Positions 56,190 through 64,000 of a stretch of DNA of 64,000 nt are shown here, in pieces. Below the pieces are notes generated by a model. It saw only the letters and a list, made by a program, of their open reading frames with translations, ran no database searches and was not told where the DNA came from. Origin of the DNA: Eledone cirrhosa (lineage: Eukaryota); assembly GCA_964016885.1 (NCBI GenBank), contig OZ024740.1, positions 44,082,001 to 44,146,000 on the forward strand. Direction: 5' to 3'. The translations under genes and the position numbers were made by a program. How positions within the stretch are numbered: position 1 is the first letter of the stretch; each line of letters begins with the position of its first letter.

Positions 56190-59100
56190 TCTTCTATATA
56201 TATAAAACAGAAGATGTCTGTCTGTCTGTGTAACCGCATGCATTTCTACATCTGACAACCGATTTACACGAAATTTCATAAGTCCTATTACGTGTCGTAG
56301 GCTATATTATTTTTCCGTACATCGATTGTGGGGCCCCCAGGGGGAGATAACCCCATTAAGCCCCTCGCTTGGAGTTAGCAGTACTACTGCCTAAAGGCCC
56401 CATAATTCCTGCAGTTTGCCTCCCATCTTCACCAAAATTAATCTTTTGTTTGCTTATGGCCTATAAATAAATTTGCAGCCAGAAATTCAGGTAGGGGATC
56501 CCTTGCGGGGCAGTAAATCGACTTGATGAATGTTGAAGTTGATATCATCAATGTAACAAAACGTCATAACTGCTTGAGTTGGTGTTTGATTTTCAAGAAG
56601 CGAGACGTATTGGTTACCCATGACTTATAAAGGAAGGTGAACACATGAACCTTTACTTGAACTTATGAAGGGGAGGCCGGGGGGGGGGCAGTAAGCCCCT
56701 TCGACTTATCTATTGAAGTTCACATTAATACTGTATTACTACCTGATAACTTTTGAAGTTTACGTTCGATTTTAACTTCACCGGACACATTGGTTACCCT
56801 TTGCCTAAAGATGATGTTGAAGACACTGTCTATACCCGAAACAAGCAAGCAAGGTGACCCCCAGGGGGCAGTAAACCCCGGCGAGTCATTCATTGAATTT
56901 AGCTATTGTAATGCAGCAAAGCGTCATAGCTTCGATAATTGGTAGTCCAATGAAATGAATTTCGACTTAGTTGTTATTCATGTACTACAGATGAAGATAC
57001 AGTGAGATACATTTACTTTATTTCAATTCAGCAAGAGGACCTCCTCGGGGACAATGATCCCAATTCATTAACCTATAAAAGTTTAAACTGCCACAATATA
57101 AGAGCACCATAACCTCGGGTTTTGATTCTTACAAAAACTAAACGAAATGGTTATTGCCTGCCACAAGATAAAGTACCACACATTCGTTATCACTTGAATT
57201 TTGCAAGGGGAAACCCATAGGGAGGGCAGTGAGCCCCTTTGGACCACTTTTAAAGTTTATATTATGGTCGCAGCAAAGCATTTCAACTTCTGGAAATAAA
57301 AGTCAATTTAAACGAAAATTGACGCATCGGTTACTCATGTCATACAAATGGAGTAGCGAATTTTTAAATCTCCCTGACTAAACTTTAGTTTGTTTAGTTA
57401 ACTTTAGGATAATTGAATATAACTTTGCACCCGGTTGTCTCCATCACACTTATTTGTATTATCTAACCAATCAGACAACTCGAGTGTTGTTCATTGAGCA
57501 AAATCTCTCCTATTTATATCGGTCATGTCCGACCTAAGATCACACTTTTTTTTTTACTTCTGACAAGTGGTAGATTTTTTTACATGCGTACTCTCATAAG
57601 CTACCCGATGTTTCTGAACGCATGCTTCTTCAACATTTGTCACCTTAAAGGAGGTTTAGTTAATGTGTTTATGGTCATAAGGTTCCAGTTTATCATGCTG
57701 TGATTTTTCGGCCATTTTTGCCTTATCATTTCAATGGTTAGTACTTACTTATTCCTATGTTCGAGCTGAACAAACATACTGACACTTATATACCTATCAC
57801 TGTAGCCGCACTATTTAATTTCCTTTATCACAGGTAGTCCGTACTCTGCGTTGCCCCTAACTTAAAACCTGAAATTTGACTGGTACACAAAATCTTGCAA
57901 AACATACCCACTTTCTCAGACCAAATAGATTTATCACATTTTTTCACAATTTATATCCGTGTTTAGATTTGCTTACTTAAACGTTATTTGTCCACTATTT
58001 ATCGTGGTTAATTTTCTAACCCCCCCCCCCCAAGAAAAGAACTTTCATTGGTCGATTATCTAATGATGCAAGTAGGTCTAAGCGAAGGCGTCTCACCGAA
58101 GATGTAAATGCGACTGCGATCAGGCTCTCACAGAATGCTGTGCAGACGGCAGCTGCAAGAGCGGAGGAGGATGACAGTCGGCGTGAACTTCGACGGAACA
58201 AAGATGCTGCCGCGACTACTACTGCTCGAGCTCGAGAGGGTGAAGGACGACGTGCCGTTCGACGAAGCAGGGATGCCACTGCAACATCCGTTGCTCGCGC
58301 TCGAGAGGATGAAGGACGACGTGCCGTTCGACGAAGCAGGGATGCCACTGCAACATCCGCTGCTCGCGCTCGAGAGGATGAAGAACGACGCACCGTTCGA
58401 CGAAGCAGGGGCGCTGCTGCCACTGCTGCTGCACGAAATACTGAAACCATAGAGCAACGACGTGGCCGACTTCTGCAAAGTGAACAGCGGCGATCATCGT
58501 TACGTGGCATTTCTAGGACTTGAAATTCGCAATGTTTGTTGAAGTGCCTTTAACAACGACACCTCCCCCGACTACGCCGTCCATGCAGATATTCAAATTG
58601 GGGAAATGACCTCTACTTTCCAGTTTTGTCGTACGAAAAAGTGGCCAAGGGAGAGAGATGGAATGTGCTGTTCAAACGGTAAAGTTAGACTACCTCCTAT
58701 TTACGACCCTCCAGAGACATTGCAACTCCTTTTGACAGACACGACGGAGGACTCATCGAAGTTTCTGTGTAATATCCGCCGCTACAATTCTGCGTTTCAG
58801 ATGACATCCTTCGGGGCAAAGCTTGCCTCGGAACGTGGGTTCATGCCAACTTTCAAGGTCCAGGGGCAGATCTACCACTTTATTTGGTTTATTCAACCTC
58901 TGGCAGAAAAGGATCCTCAATTTATTCAGTTATACTACGTTGGAAACTATCAGGGGCAGACAGAGATGCGAAATTCTATTTTGTCCGAAACTAACATGGA
59001 AACCATAATAAAACTTCAAGAAATGCTTCATGATAAAAACAGTAGTTTCAAGTACGCTTTGGAAACAGCTACTGACCCAAACTTTAGTGTGGTCATACAT

Positions 59101-62100
59101 GCTGACCGAAGGCCATCTGGAGAACACGCTGGTCGGTTCAACGCACCAACATGTAATGAAATTGCTGCGGTTATTTGTGGTTTACAGCACAAGAGAGATA
59201 TCATTCTAAAGCACCGAGACAGCACATTACAGCGAATCAATGAGACACACAGGTCCTACGATGCACTCCAGTATCCATTGCTATTTGTCAACGGCGAGGA
59301 CAGATATCATTTCCTCATTCCTCAACATTCAGCAGGCAATGGTGAGACACATCTTAGCAAAACTGTCACCTGCATGGATTTCTAAGCTTTCCGATTTATG
59401 GTAAGAGACAATTCATTCAAACATCTACACCGTTCTCGGAACCTTTTCCAACATGGTCGTTAAAATGGAGTCCGAGAGATTATGGTTCATTAAATTAAAT
59501 CAAAAGAAACTTCGATTTGAATGCTACATTCATCTACGCGATGTAATTAACAACGACGTATCCCCAGACAATTTAGGGCAAGTGTGTATTTTGCCTTCAA
59601 CGTTCACAGGGGGACCCCGATACATGCACGAGAGGACTCAGGATGCCATGATTTACGTACGACATTATTACATGCAATCCCAAGTGGAAGGAGATTACAA
59701 ACGAACTGTTCCACGGTCAAGCGCCAAGACACAGGCACGATCTCATAGCAAGAGTGTTTCGCCTGAAATTATTCAAATTAATGTATTTATTAAAGAAAGG
59801 ACAGGTTTTTCGGCCTGTCAGGTGCGACATATACACGGTTGAATGGCAGAAATGAGGGCTGCCACATGCCCATATCTTGATTTGGTTGGTTACACGGTCA
59901 AGCGCCAAGACACAGGCACGATCTCATAGCAAGAGTGTTTCACCTAAAATTATCCAAATTAATGGATTTATTAAAGCAGGACAGGTTTTGGTGCCTGTCA
60001 GGTGCGACATGTACACGGTTGAATGGCAGAAACGAGGGATGCCGCATGCCCATATCTTGATTTGGTTGGTTACACGGTCAAGCGCCAAGACACAGGCACG
60101 ATCTCATAGCAAGAGTGTTTCACCTAAAATTATCCAAATTAATGGATTTATTAAAGCAGGACAGGTTTTGGGGCCTGTCAGGTGCGACATGTACACGGTT
60201 GAATGGCAGAAACGAGGGCTGCCGCATGCCCATATCTTAATTTGTTTGGTTACAAAAATCAGTTCAAACTACATCGACAAATTCATTTCTGCCGAACTAC
60301 CTGATCCGTCGATTGACAAGGACCTCTTCTCTATAGTCACATCAAACATGGTTCATAGTCTTTGCCTACATGGACTCAATATGAAGTCCCCGTGCATACA
60401 CGACAGAAAGTGTACAAAACGATATCCTAGACCGTTTTTACAGGAAACACAGACTGGCATCCGGACGGATATCCGTTGTATAGGCGCAGGAGACCTGAAG
60501 ACGGTGGGTTCACAGCAAAAGTTGGCGAACGCAAAATCGACAACAGCTGGATAGTGCCATATTGCCCTCTCCTCTTGAAAGCGTTCAACGCCCATATAAA
60601 CGTCGAATTTTGTAACTCAGTAAAATCAATTAAATACGTTTGTAAGTACGTAACAAAGGATCGGATGCTGCCGTCTTTGGTCTTCGTTATGAAAGCAGTA
60701 GAGACGAGATATCTGACTACCAAGCAGGCCGATACATTAGCAGTAATGAAGCCTTTTGGCGCATTTTTGGGTTCCCACTGCACCAACGAAACCCCGTCAT
60801 TAAACAACTTCACCTTGAAAGCGGCCAACGGGTGTATTTCAACGATGCAACAGCTGCTCAGCTAGCGATCTCACCAAGGGAAACTACACTCACCGCTTTT
60901 TTCAAACTTTGTCAACACAACGACTTCGCTGGAACTCTGCTGTATTCTGAAATACCGTCCTACTATACATGGAACCGGACAAAATGGCTACGAAGAAAGG
61001 TAAGGAAAGAGGTGGTTGGACATCCAGGCATCAAATTCGACAATTGCCTTGGGCGAGTTTATACGATCCACCCTACCAAACACGAATGCTTCTACCTGCG
61101 ACTTCTGCTTCATGAGGTAAGAGGGCCGACCAGCTTCACTCATCTGAGAAGCGTCGATGGATACGCCTGCGGAACGTACAGGGAAGCCTGCTTGAGGCGT
61201 GGACTTCTAGAAGATGACGCACAATGGGATGCAACCTTGACAGAAGCTGCCATCTCGCAATCATCCCGTAGTCTAAGGGCACTGTTTGCTATCCTCTTGC
61301 ACGTCTGTGAATTGAGCGATCCTTACTCTTTATGGCAAAAGTTTAAAGATGATTTCGCAGACGAATATAGGCGTCTCGCTCAATTGCAATCTCCAAACTT
61401 TGATGTCGGCTTTTCAGACGCTATATATAACAGAGCTCTGCTCGATATTGAAGACAGAGTGGCTTCAATGGGAGGAGATGTCTTGGAGAAATATGGGCTT
61501 CCGCAAACACTTCGAGATGCGCCATCTGACATTCCCAACGACATTATACGTGAAACGTCATATGATGTCGACGAACTCAAAAGGTATATTGAAGAAAATG
61601 AAACAAACTTCTAATGGATCAAAAACAAGCCTAGAACATTGTCGTTGATTCCATCCGTAATAAGGGAGGGGGTATATTCTTCCTGGACGCACCTGGCGGC
61701 ACGGGTAAAACATTTGTAATCAAACTTTTACTCGCTGCAGTGAGGCAACACGGAAACATCGCATTGGCTGTGGCTTCTTCTGGCATTGCAGCAACTTTGC
61801 TGCCTGGTGGCAGGACGGTCCATTCTGCCTTCAGTCTTCCTCTCAACGTGGCATCATCTGAGACACCCACGTGCAACAGCAACAAGTCTTCCGGAAAAGC
61901 ACTGATGTTAAAGCGCTGCCTACTAATTGTTTGGGACGAATGCACAATAGCCAACAAGGCGGCTTTCGAGGCATTAGACCGGTCACTCAGAGACATTAGG
62001 GACTGTCAAGAACCAATGTGAGTTGTCACTTTCCTGTTATCTGGGGTCTTCCGACAGACTCTGCCTGTAATCCCAAAAGGTACGCGGGCTGATGAGGTTG

Positions 62101-63646
62101 GTGCATGTCTTAAGGCCTCCCCACTTTGGCGTTATGTAAGAAAGCTGTCACTTACAACAAACATGAGAGCACAACTGCAAGGTGATGAGACATCAGCGGG
62201 ATTTGCTGCTGCTATTTTGTCGTTGGGAGATGGCAAAGTCCCACTCAACGGAGATGGTGCAGCGGACCTCACAGGGATTTGCAGATGCTTTAAGTCAATT
62301 GCTGAGTTACGGACGTCTGCTTTTCCTAATCTTGAGGAGAATTACACGAATCAAGAGTGGTTGTATGAGCGCGCAATATTGGCTTCGAAAAACCACATAG
62401 TTGGAAACATCAATGAACAGCTCATGCTGGGCTTGCCTGGAAACCTGCATGTTACAAGTCCCTTGACTCAATGGCTGATCCAGACGAAGTTGTTAATTAC
62501 CCCACAGGATTTCTTAACTCCCTAGACCCTCCCCGATTGCCACCACACTCACTGCGACTTAAAAAATGTGCCCCTGTCATGCTCCTCAGGAATTTGGAAC
62601 GCCGAAGGCTTTCCAACGGCATGCGTCTGGTCGTCCAAAAGGCGATGCCTCATGTTATTGAGGCAACAATACGTACAGGATATGGTAAGGGGTATACTGT
62701 CTTCATACTAAGGATACCTCTCATTCCATCGGGTAAAGACATTACTTTCACATTCAGAAGGCTGCAATTCCCTCTTCGGCTCAGTTTCGTCATGTCGATT
62801 AACAAATCACAGGGTCAGACGCTGTCGGTCGTAGGGCTTAATTTAGATGAACCGTGCTTCTCCCATGGTCAACTATATGTTGGCTGCTCTCGAGTGGGAA
62901 GCCGACATAACCTATTTGCTTTTGAAAATCGCGAGAAAACACAAAATATAGCCTATAGGGATGTTTTGTAGGCACCCCATCCGCCAACAAGTAATCGCTG
63001 TTTTATGTTTGTATAAGTGCTTACATTTGCTGTATCCGTGTGCTATTTTTGTCCTTTTGACAATACCACATACGCCTCTGAGGTTGCTTTTGCCTAACTT
63101 TATAAATGCTCAATGTCTCTGTTTTCCGCATTTATATGTTGCTATTACGCTTTTCTATTGATGTTTCGTAGTTTTAACCTAATTAATCTACTTTTCCCTA
63201 CATCTTATTTTCACAGTTTTTTGACATTCCAGCGTGATCTTGCCAAGGCCGTTTTTGTGGCCACCGACTGTTGCATGCTTTTCTAGGTTACAATCTCAAA
63301 TAACAAGCAAAGCAAATACGACACACCAAAGTAGTGTGAAGGACTTCTTAAGGCCACCACCTCTAATCGGAGTCGTCTTTGCTGACAGCTCTGCCGCTGG
63401 GACTTTTAAGAGTTAACGATCCAAGGCCCTCTTCATGGCCACCAACTTTAAATTGTTACCATCGGATTCGTCTTTGCCGGCAGCACCGCCGCAGAGATAT
63501 TTCAAAGTGAACGTTCAAAGGCCCTCTTTAGGGCCAACACCTATAAATTGTTACTTCTATAGTAGTGTTTAACGGAAGTCTTTCAGTTCATTTGAACGAC
63601 TACTCCATTGAGAGTTGTACCGGGAAACGCCGGGTACCTCTTCTAG
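56190..63646 (+). mobile_element. Autonomous-type Helitron, decayed
   Basis: A|TC 5' end (tcttctatatatataaaa..gtctgtctg). 3' hairpin at 63617-63637 and CTAG|T at 63643-63647. Confidence 0.9.
58010..62971 (+). pseudogene. Helitron Rep-helicase (HUH Rep plus Pif1-like helicase)
   Basis: CCSNGKV, RRYNSAFQMTSFG, YDALQYPL, LPSTFTGGPRYM, VEWQKRGLPHAH, KYVCKY, DAPGGTGKT, GRTVHSAF, IVWDE, QFPLRL, NKSQGQT and YVGCSRV. Many stops and frameshifts. Confidence 0.93.
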
Positions 63647-63946
63647 TTCATAATAAATTACAATCATTAAATATATCCATTTAGAATATTTTAGGTGAAG
63701 ATGAGATGAATGTTTAAATTTATAATCACTTCCTGTGATAATAACAAAGCTAAACACATGCATATGTAGGTGGGAAGATGCTTAGCTAATTGGATGGATA
63801 TATTTACAGAAACAGACATACAAATATACAGACACGCGCAGACGCCCACACGTACATACACACCCACATACGAACGTACACGTGAAGAGATAGATAGCTA
63901 GCTAGGTAAGTAAGTAGAGAGATGGATAAAAAAATAGATAGATAGG

Positions 63947-63984
<38 letters not shown>

Positions 63985-64000
63985 TATTTCTATAGATAGA

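Noticed and set aside
56325-57340. Regularly spaced motif array considered as CRISPR-like
   Set aside because: Eukaryotic context, homologous rather than unique spacers, highly diverged repeats and no cas genes.
58220-58410. 60-bp tandem repeat encoding ARAREDEGRRAVRRSRDATA
   Set aside because: Charged repeats of this kind are common at the Helitron Rep N-terminus and are explained by that feature.

Overview
This is AT-rich eukaryotic intergenic or intronic DNA, packed with microsatellites and made almost entirely of decayed transposable elements. The SINE families and microsatellite load resemble coleoid cephalopod (Octopus-like) genomes, which is an inference. Recognisable elements are several Penelope-like elements (PLEs; RT plus GIY-YIG), CR1/L2-type LINE fragments, two R4/Dong-type RLE LINEs, a full-length Tx1/L1-type LINE, a mariner relic, a 7.5-kb Helitron with a non-autonomous relative, and many tRNA-derived SINEs. 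No intact host gene is evident, apart from two weak candidate exons near 4.5 and 6.8 kb. The most notable signal is non-coding. About 15 hammerhead-ribozyme (HHR) motifs, folded by eye, lie in PLE 3' ends and in short non-coding units embedded in (TA)n tracts. They include two unrelated U3:A8 core variants (UUGAnAA), a CAGAAGA variant, a canonical type I HHR in a 643-bp retrozyme-like unit, and a candidate non-circularly permuted HHR in a 535-bp unit. Many of these units are long fold-back palindromes. None of the RNA structures has been tested by computation or experiment.
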